Made by a program: the position numbers and the translations under genes. A DNA stretch of 64,000 nucleotides from Promethearchaeota archaeon (GTDB lineage Archaea; Asgardarchaeota; Lokiarchaeia; Sigyniarchaeales; SOKP01), in assembly GCA_019057795.1 (NCBI GenBank), contig JAHLWS010000077.1, forward strand, positions 1 to 64,000, read 5' to 3'. The notes beneath the pieces are model-generated. The model saw nothing but the letters and a program-made list of their open reading frames with translations, did not search any database and had not been told where the DNA came from. Positions 31,700 to 42,055 of this stretch are shown here, one piece after another; the stretch's first letter is position 1, and each line of letters opens with the position of its first letter.

Positions 31700-34495
31700 A
31701 TGAATTTATGGACGCAAAATATAACCCCCAGAAGTGAAATTGTAAATGAACCTATAAACGAAAGCACCTTTGCAGCAAGGTTAGACGAAGTAGTCTCAGG
31801 AAGAGCTGCTCCTTATTATCGAGATCCCGTTTTGTTTTTTGATAATACACATATTACTAAAGGTATGGAGAAACTATTAAATATAGCTGGTCAGACCTTT
31901 TCTACGAATAAATGCCCAGGCAATAATGTAATTGAACTCCAAACTAGCTTTGGTGGGGGAAAAACGCATTGTCTTGTTGCGTTATATCATTTATCTCAAC
32001 GACCAAATTTATTAAATGAACATCCTAATCTCTCGTCTTTGAAAATAAAAGCGGTCGATTCGAATCTTAAAGTAAAGTGCTGTGTTCTTGTTGGTTTGGA
32101 TTATAACATTAGTGAACCTCGATCTGTTTCTATTGATGGTAAACAAATGCCTTTAAATACTTGGTGGGGTGAGATAGCTTATCAATTAGGAGGTGAAAAA
32201 GCGTATAAAAAAATACAATCGAATGATAAAGATTGGATACCGCCCTCTAAGTCTTCTCTTAATGAAGTATTTAAAACGATTGATAACCCGTGTTTAATTC
32301 TACTTGATGAGATTGTGCATTATTTAATAAATGTACATAAAAAAAACCCAGAATATTACGGGCTTATGATAAACTTTTTCCAAGTTCTAGTTGAGGAAGT
32401 ATCAAATCATCCTAATGTCATTTTAGTTTTTACATTACCTGCTTCTGATTTGGAATTAGTGAATAAATTGGGTCGCCAAGCATTTCATACAATTGATAAA
32501 CACACAAAAAGGCATAAAACAACAATCGATCCTGTTCAATATGAAGAAGTATATCATATTATTCGATGTAGGTTATTTGAACCAGTAAATCAATCTCAAG
32601 ATGATGGAATAAAAAGAGTTTGCAATGATTATCTAAATTATTATATGTCGAAAAAGAAATTTTTTCCAGAAAAAGTAACTAAAAAAGATATTACTAAGAG
32701 ATCTCTTTCTTTCAATGAAAAAATGAATATTGGATATCCTTTTCATCCCGCATTAATCGATGTTTTATATCAAAAATGGGGGCCTCATCCAGATTTTCAA
32801 CGGACGCGTGGTATTTTACGAGTTTTTGCTAAAATTTTAAATGCCGCTTATAGAAATATAAAATCGGATATTATCACAATAGGAGATGTTCCCCTAACGG
32901 ATGCATCCGTAAAAGGTGAACTGCTTGGATATTTAGGTACTAATTTTGAGCCTGTATTAACAACAGATTTGGGGCGAGCTACTGACCTTGAAGAAAGCCT
33001 AGGTGATGATTATTTAACTTTTCATTTAGGACAAGCGATATTTACAGGCTTTTTTTTCCATTCAATGAGATCTACCACAACTAATATTGGTGCAACAAGA
33101 GAAGAACTATGTTTAGCTATATTAAAACCCAGTATCAAATATCCAGCGTTAGTAATTGATATGTTGGAAGAAATGAAAAATCATTTATTTCATCTTTTCG
33201 AGATGGGAGACAGATATTATTTATTAACACAAGCAAATCCAGTTTCCATGATCTTAGCTGAAAAAGAGAATCTATCTCAAGATACAATTAAAATAGAAGC
33301 TTTCATTGAAAAACTCATGGATAAAGCTATTCCTAAAGCACATAGCGTAATAATTTGGCCTGACGATTCAAAAAATATCCCAGATCAATCCAATATCACG
33401 CTAATCGCAATGAATCCTAACTATTTAGTTCCAAAAGGTTTATCGCTTCTGCCAAATGTTTTTGCTTCTAAAATCGAAGATTGGATGACAACTAGAGGAA
33501 CAGTTCCAAGAGAAAATAAAAATGGGTTAGTTTTTATATTTTTTGAGGAAACCGAATATATAAGCTTAAGGGATAATGTTTTAGACCTAATGGCAATAGA
33601 GAATGTCATTAAGCAAGCTAAAAACAGTTCAATTCTTGAAAAGGCTCAAATAAATGATTTAACGATAAAGAAAAAGAATTTAGAGACATACCTTCCTAAA
33701 TTAATTATTTCCTCTTATTCTTATATTGGTAGACCAACCCTTTCTAATATTGATGGGATTTCGAAGGTAACTCTCTCTTTATATAGTATAGATAATTCTA
33801 AGAGAATTTTTGTTCAACGTATTAAAGAAGAAATGAAAACCCGTGATTGGTTGTTAGATCAAATAGGGCGTAAAATAATTCCCTCGAATTTTTCTGATTA
33901 TATCACTACACATGAACTATGGCAGCGTCAATTCAATGTTCCAGGGCTCGAATTGTATGACGATAAGAAGGTTCTCTTATCTGCTATTCAATCTATTATC
34001 AGTACCACGAAAGAAGGACATGAAAAATTTGGTTTTGGTAATCTTAAAGAAGATCAAAATTTCACTGATAATTTAAAACCTGATGATTTTACCTTCTTTG
34101 CAAAACCGGGAACTCAAGTTCAAATGAGAGATTTGAAAGTCTCGGGAACATCATATCTTATGTCTGAATCCTTTTTAAAAAAAATTGAGTCTAACGCATC
34201 ACCTCCTGAACCCCCGATTGATGAACCACCAATTGACGAACCACCAGGATTATCAGATACAGAAACAAATATAAAATTAAATTTGGATGTTTCATGGGAT
34301 CGTATTAATGATTTAAGAAAGTTTGTGACTTTGTGCAATTTTCTTGGTCAAAAAGATCCAAATACCAGAGGTAAATTCACCCTTGAATTCAAATCAGAAT
34401 CTGCTCTTTCAAAATTAGTTTTTAAAAATTTGAAAAAAGCTTTGGAAGATTTAAAAGTTCTTTGGGGGGATGATATCACAATTGAGTTTGAGTAA
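31700..34495 (+). CDS. DUF499 AAA+ ATPase
   Basis: FAARLDEV, LQTSFGGGKTH (Walker A), LILLDEI (Walker B), YPFHP, FQRTRGILR; Pro-rich linker PPEPPIDEPPIDEPP. Confidence 0.92.
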   Translation: MNLWTQNITPRSEIVNEPINESTFAARLDEVVSGRAAPYYRDPVLFFDNTHITKGMEKLLNIAGQTFSTNKCPGNNVIELQTSFGGGKTHCLVALYHLSQRPNLLNEHPNLSSLKIKAVDSNLKVKCCVLVGLDYNISEPRSVSIDGKQMPLNTWWGEIAYQLGGEKAYKKIQSNDKDWIPPSKSSLNEVFKTIDNPCLILLDEIVHYLINVHKKNPEYYGLMINFFQVLVEEVSNHPNVILVFTLPASDLELVNKLGRQAFHTIDKHTKRHKTTIDPVQYEEVYHIIRCRLFEPVNQSQDDGIKRVCNDYLNYYMSKKKFFPEKVTKKDITKRSLSFNEKMNIGYPFHPALIDVLYQKWGPHPDFQRTRGILRVFAKILNAAYRNIKSDIITIGDVPLTDASVKGELLGYLGTNFEPVLTTDLGRATDLEESLGDDYLTFHLGQAIFTGFFFHSMRSTTTNIGATREELCLAILKPSIKYPALVIDMLEEMKNHLFHLFEMGDRYYLLTQANPVSMILAEKENLSQDTIKIEAFIEKLMDKAIPKAHSVIIWPDDSKNIPDQSNITLIAMNPNYLVPKGLSLLPNVFASKIEDWMTTRGTVPRENKNGLVFIFFEETEYISLRDNVLDLMAIENVIKQAKNSSILEKAQINDLTIKKKNLETYLPKLIISSYSYIGRPTLSNIDGISKVTLSLYSIDNSKRIFVQRIKEEMKTRDWLLDQIGRKIIPSNFSDYITTHELWQRQFNVPGLELYDDKKVLLSAIQSIISTTKEGHEKFGFGNLKEDQNFTDNLKPDDFTFFAKPGTQVQMRDLKVSGTSYLMSESFLKKIESNASPPEPPIDEPPIDEPPGLSDTETNIKLNLDVSWDRINDLRKFVTLCNFLGQKDPNTRGKFTLEFKSESALSKLVFKNLKKALEDLKVLWGDDITIEFE

Positions 34496-34506
34496 TCCTC
34501 TTAAAT

Positions 34507-35106
34507 TTAATCCAGAGGAGAGATTATAACAAAATATAATGAATTTTTACAAAGTAATATCTTTTTATTATTTTGAAGAATTGAGATATTTTTTTTAAGA
34601 ATTCTACAAGCTTCACCAAGATGGAGAAAATTATAGTATTTATTATGAAAAAAAACTATGATTTGAGAATTTCTACTTTCAACCAACTCAAGAAATTTAT
34701 CCCTATTAAAATCTAGCCCTTTCAATGAAAAGGAATTAGATATTTTTCTATCTGATAATACTTTTTCAAAAGAATCAAGCGCTCCAAATATCATTGATTT
34801 CTTTTTGTTGACAAATCCAATATTATTTTTTAAAGCAATCCATTCATCTCCTAATTCTTCTACTAAACTTTCATAAGAAACCTCGTTCGATGTATTTTGG
34901 TTGTCTAATTCAGCTTCAGTTTCTTTCTTTTTAGATATTCTATCTAAAGATTTATGTAAAGACTCAATATTTAAGTTTTGATTGTCTGTAGTACTATTAA
35001 GGTTATTAAAAAATCGCTTTAAATTCAATTGAATTATTTTTTTTTCATTCATTATATCTTTTTCTTTTTTACAATCCATTTTACATATATATATACTCAA
35101 AATCAT
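34507..35106 (-). CDS. Hypothetical protein
   Basis: 199-aa ORF convergent with the DUF499 gene; no recognised motif. Confidence 0.45.
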   Translation of the reverse strand: MILSIYICKMDCKKEKDIMNEKKIIQLNLKRFFNNLNSTTDNQNLNIESLHKSLDRISKKKETEAELDNQNTSNEVSYESLVEELGDEWIALKNNIGFVNKKKSMIFGALDSFEKVLSDRKISNSFSLKGLDFNRDKFLELVESRNSQIIVFFHNKYYNFLHLGEACRILKKNISILQNNKKILLCKNSLYFVIISPLD

Positions 35107-35354
35107 TCTCTCTTTTTGTAATAATCTTATTGATCTATTATTCTATTAATAAATCCGCAGATTTTATTAAGAGATAAATAAAATTTATAATGATTTTAAC
35201 TACTATAATTTCTTCTTATTTAAACAAAAAAAAGACCTTGAAAATTTGGGGATAAATATTGGGTTAGCTTATTTTTTTTCAGTTTTTAAAAGATTTAAAT
35301 TTCGCTTGAATCAGTATTTTTTAATTAATAAAAATCATATTTGATTTCTTTACA

Positions 35355-35489
35355 CTAATCTTCATCTTGATCGTCTTTATTTTCCTGATGATTTGGATTC
35401 AATTGATCAGAACGATTATCCATTGAAGCTTGGTATGCTGGATTGTTTGGATTCATGCTATTGGACCTATCATCATTTCTTTTTCCCAT
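35355..35489 (-). CDS. 44-aa microprotein with two NR/DR-S-x-x-[ML]NPN repeats
   Basis: MGKRNDDRSNSMNPNNPAYQASMDNRSDQLNPNHQENKDDQDED; GAGGTGA ribosome-binding site just upstream of the ATG; below the ORF-track size cut-off. Confidence 0.75.
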   Translation of the reverse strand: MGKRNDDRSNSMNPNNPAYQASMDNRSDQLNPNHQENKDDQDED

Positions 35490-35557
35490 TATTTCTCACC
35501 TCTTCTCCTTGTCGATTTTTTTTTCACCCATTAACAAAAAAATAAGATCATTTATAA

Positions 35558-35583
35558 ATATTATTGATTTAGATCAATAATAT
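35558..35583. promoter_or_regulatory. Palindromic operator adjoining a TATA box upstream of the CARF operon
   Basis: ATATTATTGAT-TTAG-ATCAATAATAT (perfect 11-bp arms) directly after TTTATAAA (35551-35558). Confidence 0.65.
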
Positions 35584-35650
35584 AGAGAAAAAACAATATT
35601 TAAATTTGAAAAACTCCAATAATAAATAAAGATGAATAAAGTGATTTCTA

Positions 35651-36316
35651 ATGAAAATACAAATTGCTACTTTTGCAGGGGTTCCGAGTCATATTTATGA
35701 TGCAGAAAAACATTTCCATGCAGAAAAACTATTTTTAATCCTTAGTGATGAAAATAAAGATGATAACTACCAAGAGAATCAAGAATTTATTTCAAATATT
35801 AATGAAGTATCTCAATTTTACGGAAAATTAAATGTTCCCATTATGAAGGTGTATGTGAACTATAAGAACTTTATAGAAATGACATTTAAGTTGGCTAATC
35901 TTCTAAGAGAATTTCAAGAAGGTGATGAGATTTTATTAAATCTAAGCGGTGGTAGAAGATCAATGCCGATCTCATTAATCTATGCGGGAACATTTATTAG
36001 TAATTTCAAAGATATTAATATTAAGTGTGTAGTAATTCCAGAAGATAAAACTTATGAACCATTCAATCTACTTCCAAACTATTTACCAGACAGTATTGAT
36101 GTTAAATTAATGTCTAAATTATCGGAGAAAAAGCCATTAACTGAATTAGAAGAATTTTTAGGAATAAAACAGCCTACAATTTCAATGAGGCTCAAGCGAC
36201 TAGAAAAGTATGAATACATTATCCTTAATGGTAGAGAAAGGAATTTAACAGATTTAGGACACATGGTGGTAGATATTAACGTATCAAGGTTAAATAATAT
36301 AAAGGAGAAAAACTAA
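35651..36316 (+). CDS. Csa3-like CARF-wHTH transcriptional regulator
   Basis: MKIQIATF strand and ILLNLSGGRRSM CARF motif; LTELEEFLGIKQPTISMRLKRLE...LTDLG wHTH. Confidence 0.85.
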   Translation: MKIQIATFAGVPSHIYDAEKHFHAEKLFLILSDENKDDNYQENQEFISNINEVSQFYGKLNVPIMKVYVNYKNFIEMTFKLANLLREFQEGDEILLNLSGGRRSMPISLIYAGTFISNFKDINIKCVVIPEDKTYEPFNLLPNYLPDSIDVKLMSKLSEKKPLTELEEFLGIKQPTISMRLKRLEKYEYIILNGRERNLTDLGHMVVDINVSRLNNIKEKN

Positions 36317-36317
36317 G

Positions 36318-37172
36318 ATGATTACTTGGATAACAACGGTAGGTTGGAGCCCTTTTGCTGTAATCAATCCAGTTTGGGCGTATTGCAAGGAATTTAAGGA
36401 GTGCCCAAGTAAGTTTATATTGGTTCATACTGAAAATGAAAGAATTAAAAAAAACCTCTCTCTTGTTAAATCTTATCTCAAGGAGATCGCTTGGGGGTAT
36501 TCGAATGAAAATTTTTTGGAAAATAATATAATTATCCATCAAATTGATGGTGAAGATATTCAAAATTATGCTAATACTCTAAAAAAAATAATCTCAACAG
36601 AAATAGATAACAGTCCTAAAAAAATCATCTTAGATATGACACCTGGGAGAAAATACATGTCTGCGATTAACGTATATTATGGTCTACAGAGATCCAATAT
36701 TCCAATCCAAGTTTTCTATTTACACCTAGAAGAGAGTAGATATCAAGATGTCCCATATCCTTTAACTCCTATTATTAAAAATGATTTGGTAGATATAATC
36801 GATTCAACGGAGATATTTACTAAAGACATAGGAGAACTCAAAGATAGCAAAGTAGAGATTGGAAATGAGCAATTGGATGATATTGTGAAGCGAATTGGAA
36901 GTGATCAAGAGAGAAGGGAAAAATTGATTTTACTGGCAATTTCAAAGGGATTAAGTTCCAAAAATAAAATAAGCCGATTTCTATATGACGAGGGCGATTC
37001 TATCCAAGGCTCTGAACTTAGAAAACTAATAAAGAAATTAGAAAGTAAAAACCTAATAAAAACTACAAAAATGAGGAATAAAGCAACAGAGTATCTCGGA
37101 TATAAAATAATAGAGAAGGGTTTAGATTTATTAAAAAAAATCCAAAGAGAGAATAGAAATGAAAGAAAATAA
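36318..37172 (+). CDS. CARF-like Rossmann domain plus C-terminal wHTH
   Basis: WITTVGWSPFAVIN and ILDMTPGRKYMS CARF motifs; ELRKLIKKLESKNLI...YKIIEKG wHTH. Confidence 0.8.
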   Translation: MITWITTVGWSPFAVINPVWAYCKEFKECPSKFILVHTENERIKKNLSLVKSYLKEIAWGYSNENFLENNIIIHQIDGEDIQNYANTLKKIISTEIDNSPKKIILDMTPGRKYMSAINVYYGLQRSNIPIQVFYLHLEESRYQDVPYPLTPIIKNDLVDIIDSTEIFTKDIGELKDSKVEIGNEQLDDIVKRIGSDQERREKLILLAISKGLSSKNKISRFLYDEGDSIQGSELRKLIKKLESKNLIKTTKMRNKATEYLGYKIIEKGLDLLKKIQRENRNERK

Positions 37173-38247
37173 TGCAACTCTATCAATTCAACAGTCAATG
37201 CTGCTGTTGAATGAATTATATTTGGATGCTAAAACGAGATTTGTGATAAAAGACTGCTTATATGGATTAGAATTAATGGAAGTCGAGTTATCTGAGAAAG
37301 TTGATATTAATATTTGGGTTAAACCCAAAGACATTGAAGATGCATACAATAAGATAATTCCAAAATACGCCTATGAATTTCCAAACAAATTTGATTATTT
37401 TGATATATTTCTACGCTCTGGATTCTTTTTTAATAATTACTATCAGAAATTTTTTGAAAATAGTATAAATGCAAATGAAGATACAAATTTATTAGAAGGA
37501 GATTTACCTATTGCACTTGCATTTGATACAAATTTATATTACAATCTGTTCTTCGATCAATTAACCGAATTGCTCCGCAAAAGATATGGATCTCCTCCTT
37601 ATTTGATAAATTTTTTATGTTCGACTGGTGTTAAAAAAGAGCTGACGGGGTATGAATGGAAATATAAATCAAACGATATAGAAGATTTTAAGGAAATTTG
37701 TAAAGATCCTGATGTAATTGATAACTTTCTCAATCAAAATAAACTCAGATCAAGATTATGGCATCTAGGACATGTAGATTATTTAGATTCGATTGATTCA
37801 ACTCAGTCAAAAATAGTTGATATGGATAAAACCATAGAAACTGATGATATGGATTCTAAAATTCTTGAGGGTCTTGTCGAATATATTAACCAGCAAAATA
37901 TTAAACTTTACTTGTATAGCCAAGATTCCGACTTCATTTCGAGAGCTAAAGGGAATCGAAACGTCATTCCTATTTATTTGGATAAGATTCCGTTTCATAA
38001 GCTAAATAGTCGATTATCTTGCGAATGGGAGCAATTTGCAAAGTTACTTTATGTAATATTAATTACATTTGGAGCTATTCGACTGGAATTTGAAGATTCT
38101 GCCTTATCCACTTTTGGTATTTGGAAAGGAAAGAAATACCATCATTGGCTCGATAAGAGCATAAAGATTGTATCAAAAGATAATATTATAACTAATATCC
38201 AAAAGGACCTACAAATCCTTGAGAATATAAAATTTAAGGAGGTATAA
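37159..38247 (+). CDS. PIN-domain ribonuclease
   Basis: LAFDTNLYY, VKKEL, MDSKIL and YSQDSDF provide the acidic PIN residues. Confidence 0.8.
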   Translation: MKENNATLSIQQSMLLLNELYLDAKTRFVIKDCLYGLELMEVELSEKVDINIWVKPKDIEDAYNKIIPKYAYEFPNKFDYFDIFLRSGFFFNNYYQKFFENSINANEDTNLLEGDLPIALAFDTNLYYNLFFDQLTELLRKRYGSPPYLINFLCSTGVKKELTGYEWKYKSNDIEDFKEICKDPDVIDNFLNQNKLRSRLWHLGHVDYLDSIDSTQSKIVDMDKTIETDDMDSKILEGLVEYINQQNIKLYLYSQDSDFISRAKGNRNVIPIYLDKIPFHKLNSRLSCEWEQFAKLLYVILITFGAIRLEFEDSALSTFGIWKGKKYHHWLDKSIKIVSKDNIITNIQKDLQILENIKFKEV

Positions 38248-38331
38248 CATACATGCGTAATCACTTCTATTTCTATATCGGAAGATATGAAAAATTGTAT
38301 TCTTTAAATGATAGCAATTATTTAGGGGAGG

Positions 38332-40923
38332 TTGTCTACTATTAGTTATCTTTACTACGAAAATCTACCAGATATTGAGGAAATTGAAAGATTTCGAAAA
38401 GATTGTTTTTATAATTTATCAGATTTTATTAGATTTTTGAATGTTTCTAAATATGCACAACTTAATAGAGTAATTAAACTCTCTTATCGAATTCTATCAA
38501 GTGAGCAAGTTAATAAAATGTTCAAAGATATGCATTTTAAGTTTTGGGAAGTTTATGGATATGAAATGGAAGATATAATTAATGATTACACCGAAGATGG
38601 TATTTTTATTGAAATTTTTGATCCAACGGGAAAAGCTGATAAACATATTTTTGAAGATTTTATTAAATCATCTATTATAACGGATATCGAGCCGAATTTT
38701 AATGATAGAGAAAATTGGATTAATGTGATACAAAGTTATCCTTTATATAATATACTTCAAATTGATCGAGAACCAGAGTCTAAATGGATTTATTTTAAAC
38801 CTAATACCTATGATATACAGCGACAAATTAACGCAATTCATAATCTTCAAAGCAAGCCTAGAAGAGAACATTTACCCTTGTTAAAACTATTTGTAAGTAA
38901 GCAAAGGACCATATGGCCCAATTTTGATCGAGTTAAGATTAAGAATTGGAAGTTATTAAGTGATCCAAATTTTCCTGGAATTACCAATCAAAGAAATTAC
39001 GTTCAAATAGCATTGGGTACTCCGGATTTCGCACTTTTAGAAGGACCACCTGGTTCAGGCAAAACTCATACCATTTGTGAGATAATACTTCAAGCTATAG
39101 AAAGAAATATGAGAATATTATTATGTGCCTCTACTCATGTTGCTGTGGACAATGTTTTAGAGTATTTAATGGATAGAGATGAAGTAATTGCGGTGAGAAT
39201 TGGTAATCAAAATAGTAAATCAATATCTCCTGATGCTAAGAAATATTTATTAAGTAATAGAACAATTACCGAAAGAAAAAGATTAATCAAAAAGTTAACA
39301 GAACTTGGAGAAGACAAAAATAAAGGTCAGAAGTATTTCTTAAATGTATTAAAATCTACTGATGGTGAATCTGAAGTAGAACGTATGATCTTAGATAATG
39401 CAAATTTAGTATGTGGTACGGTAATTGGAATATTGCAACACCCAGACATAAAATCTGAAATAAATACTCCCCAAGCTGTATTCGATGTTCTAATTATTGA
39501 TGAAGCAAGCAAGACAACACTCCAAGAATTTATTGTACCTGCTATGTATTGTAGTAAATGGATATTAGTTGGAGATATAAAGCAACTTTCTCCTTTTGTA
39601 GATGATCTAATAGTAAGAAAAACAATAGATGGATTTCTTAATGATGACGAAAAAAACATCTGTAGAGATGCATTTTGTTCTTGGAAATATCCTAAATTCA
39701 ATACTATTATATCAGAATCAGATCAAAAGATTAGAGACCTATACAAAGAACAGTTTCAATCGTTAGGCCTTGAATTTTTAGATTTAGATGAACAAGTTGA
39801 AGAAAAGATTTCCAATTTCTTAGCTCATCAAATTTTTATTGGAACTCCCGAAATGATCAAAAAATATGAAAAAAATTTACCAATGGATGCTTATTTAAGA
39901 GGAGGAGGTTTTTTCCTTAGATTGAAATATGCACACTCGTATTGGCAAAAAATTTTTGAGAAAGAGAAATATTCAAATAGATTTAAGGGAAATTTTGGGG
40001 AAATATTATCTTGGCGTTTAATTAGTTTATTCAATTTAAGGTTTGCTGAGAGAGATCTTAAAAAACAAGAGTTTTTAGAGGATATTGAGAAAATACTTCC
40101 AAATTGGAAGGATAAATATGAAAAAAACCAATTACGATATGATTTTTTACTTCTAAAAAAAATTGCATTTCCCTCAATACTTGAAATTCTACAAGAGGGT
40201 TTTTATGAATATAAAGCAGAAAATCAGCCTTATTTTAAGCATACCGTATCAAGTCATGGTTTCAATCTTGAGGATAAAGAAAGGCGCTATGAAATTTTAG
40301 AATATCAACATCGTATGCATCCTGAAATTTCAAAATTTCCAAGAGAGAATATATATAAAGGAGAAGCATTAAGGGATAATCCTAATTTATCTGTAGAGAG
40401 AGAATGGAAATATCAAAAATATACATCAAGAACTATTTGGGTTAATGTTCTGGAAAGAAATAAATCTAAAATAAATATTAATCTAAAGGAAGCTCAAAGA
40501 CTACTAGAAGAATTAACTTCCTTTTTAAATTTCTCTAAAGATAATCCTAAAGACGGAAATGATTATTGGGAAATCGCAGTCCTAACATTTTACAGCTATC
40601 AAGAAGATTATTTGCGTACTATCATAAATAGGAAATATAATATAAAGTTAAATTTACAGGAATTTGAATTACCAAATTATAATGCGAGATTAAGTATTTG
40701 TACTGTTGATAGATTTCAAGGTCATGAAGCAGACATTGTTTTCTTATCATTTGTTAAGACAAATAGCGTAGGATTTCTAAACTCGATAAATAGACTTAAT
40801 GTGGCAATAACTAGAGCTAGATATCAATTAGTAATGATTGGTAATAAAAAATTCTTTTTTAATCAAAAAATTTCGTCTACACTTAAGGAATTAGCGGAAA
40901 TTAAAGATGATATAAGTATTTAG
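38332..40923 (+). CDS. UPF1/DNA2-NAM7-like superfamily 1 helicase
   Basis: EGPPGSGKT, ASTHVAVDN, IIDEAS, VGDIKQL, QHRMHP, TVDRFQGHEAD, RLNVAITRAR. Confidence 0.93.
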   Translation: MSTISYLYYENLPDIEEIERFRKDCFYNLSDFIRFLNVSKYAQLNRVIKLSYRILSSEQVNKMFKDMHFKFWEVYGYEMEDIINDYTEDGIFIEIFDPTGKADKHIFEDFIKSSIITDIEPNFNDRENWINVIQSYPLYNILQIDREPESKWIYFKPNTYDIQRQINAIHNLQSKPRREHLPLLKLFVSKQRTIWPNFDRVKIKNWKLLSDPNFPGITNQRNYVQIALGTPDFALLEGPPGSGKTHTICEIILQAIERNMRILLCASTHVAVDNVLEYLMDRDEVIAVRIGNQNSKSISPDAKKYLLSNRTITERKRLIKKLTELGEDKNKGQKYFLNVLKSTDGESEVERMILDNANLVCGTVIGILQHPDIKSEINTPQAVFDVLIIDEASKTTLQEFIVPAMYCSKWILVGDIKQLSPFVDDLIVRKTIDGFLNDDEKNICRDAFCSWKYPKFNTIISESDQKIRDLYKEQFQSLGLEFLDLDEQVEEKISNFLAHQIFIGTPEMIKKYEKNLPMDAYLRGGGFFLRLKYAHSYWQKIFEKEKYSNRFKGNFGEILSWRLISLFNLRFAERDLKKQEFLEDIEKILPNWKDKYEKNQLRYDFLLLKKIAFPSILEILQEGFYEYKAENQPYFKHTVSSHGFNLEDKERRYEILEYQHRMHPEISKFPRENIYKGEALRDNPNLSVEREWKYQKYTSRTIWVNVLERNKSKININLKEAQRLLEELTSFLNFSKDNPKDGNDYWEIAVLTFYSYQEDYLRTIINRKYNIKLNLQEFELPNYNARLSICTVDRFQGHEADIVFLSFVKTNSVGFLNSINRLNVAITRARYQLVMIGNKKFFFNQKISSTLKELAEIKDDISI

Positions 40924-40936
40924 TAGGAGGATTATT

Positions 40937-42055
40937 ATGGAAATTATTTTAAAAAAAAAAATAAAAGTAAAAAAATTTAAAGCTCTCATTGATATAGGCG
41001 TTAAAGAAAAGCGGACAGATATTGTCGCACTTCTAATGATTGCGAAATCTCATGGTGATGTATTATCTGAAAAGATTATTTTTAATGAATTTATTTTTCG
41101 AGAGAATAGAACTATAGCTAAACGTATTCTTCAGAGATGTCAAGATTTAGGCGTAATCGATGAAAATCTTAAAATAACAAAAGATGGTATAAATGCTCGA
41201 GAGGATGGAATGATATATCGCCCATATACAGGGACTTATTATGTATGGGCAACTAAAGATCCATTATTACCCCAAAGAATACTAAACATAGAAATAGTAG
41301 GAGAAAAAATCAATTTTAAAAAAGAAATTTTGGGACCGAGAAACCCAGAGGGAGTTACCATAGAAAAAAATATTGAATCTTTACCAGAGTGGTTAAAAGA
41401 TACTGAAAAAATAAAAAATATTAAACTTCTTGATGAAAAAAAAAGAGATATCAGGATTGAATCTATTCAGGAGAAAATTGAGCCTATATCTGTTTCCGAA
41501 GAATTAAAAGCTCAAATAAAATTAAAAACTCATTCTAAATTGATTAAATTCACGGAACTCTTTGAGGATGAAAGGGAATTATCTATATTTCCTGATATTC
41601 GCTCAGTATGGGAGCAACTAATAGGAAATAGATATGAGCAATGGAATTGGGATGACGAAACTCTAAAAGTAAGTTTAAAAGAATTAAACGAAAAGGAGAT
41701 ATTATCATTTATTAAAAAATTTGAATTTGATTCCCCCAAAATCGAGAATTTCGGTAGTTTTAATGATTTTTCTCTGAATCTTAACATTAGACCGCAATCA
41801 GACGCAGAAGCAGAGTCTTGGGCTAATAAGTTATTAGAGAATCAAATTAAAGAATACATGTTCCCGAATACATTTGAGAATTATAAAGAAGGAATAAATA
41901 AGAAATTTAAGGACTACAAAATCAAATTTCAGGATTTAGATGAATTATCTATGAGATTTATTGATAAAATTTTAGAAGATGAAGTCCCAAATGAGCTTTG
42001 GTTTGTCCAGGCACCATTAGATGTCTTTCCTATAAAAAACGAAGGAGATGATTAA
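40937..42055 (+). CDS. Hypothetical protein with an N-terminal wHTH-like region, partner of the helicase and PLD
   Basis: GGAGG RBS; IAKRILQRCQDLGVID...ITKDG; overlaps the next gene by 8 nt. Confidence 0.6.
   Translation: MEIILKKKIKVKKFKALIDIGVKEKRTDIVALLMIAKSHGDVLSEKIIFNEFIFRENRTIAKRILQRCQDLGVIDENLKITKDGINAREDGMIYRPYTGTYYVWATKDPLLPQRILNIEIVGEKINFKKEILGPRNPEGVTIEKNIESLPEWLKDTEKIKNIKLLDEKKRDIRIESIQEKIEPISVSEELKAQIKLKTHSKLIKFTELFEDERELSIFPDIRSVWEQLIGNRYEQWNWDDETLKVSLKELNEKEILSFIKKFEFDSPKIENFGSFNDFSLNLNIRPQSDAEAESWANKLLENQIKEYMFPNTFENYKEGINKKFKDYKIKFQDLDELSMRFIDKILEDEVPNELWFVQAPLDVFPIKNEGDD

Noticed and set aside
34200-34250. Short repeat encoding PPEPPIDEPPIDEPP
   Set aside because: A Pro-rich linker is common before the C-terminal domain of DUF499 ATPases.
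35651-37172. CRISPR-Cas locus suggested by the CARF/Csa3-like genes
   Set aside because: No repeat-spacer array and no cas core genes are visible in the window.
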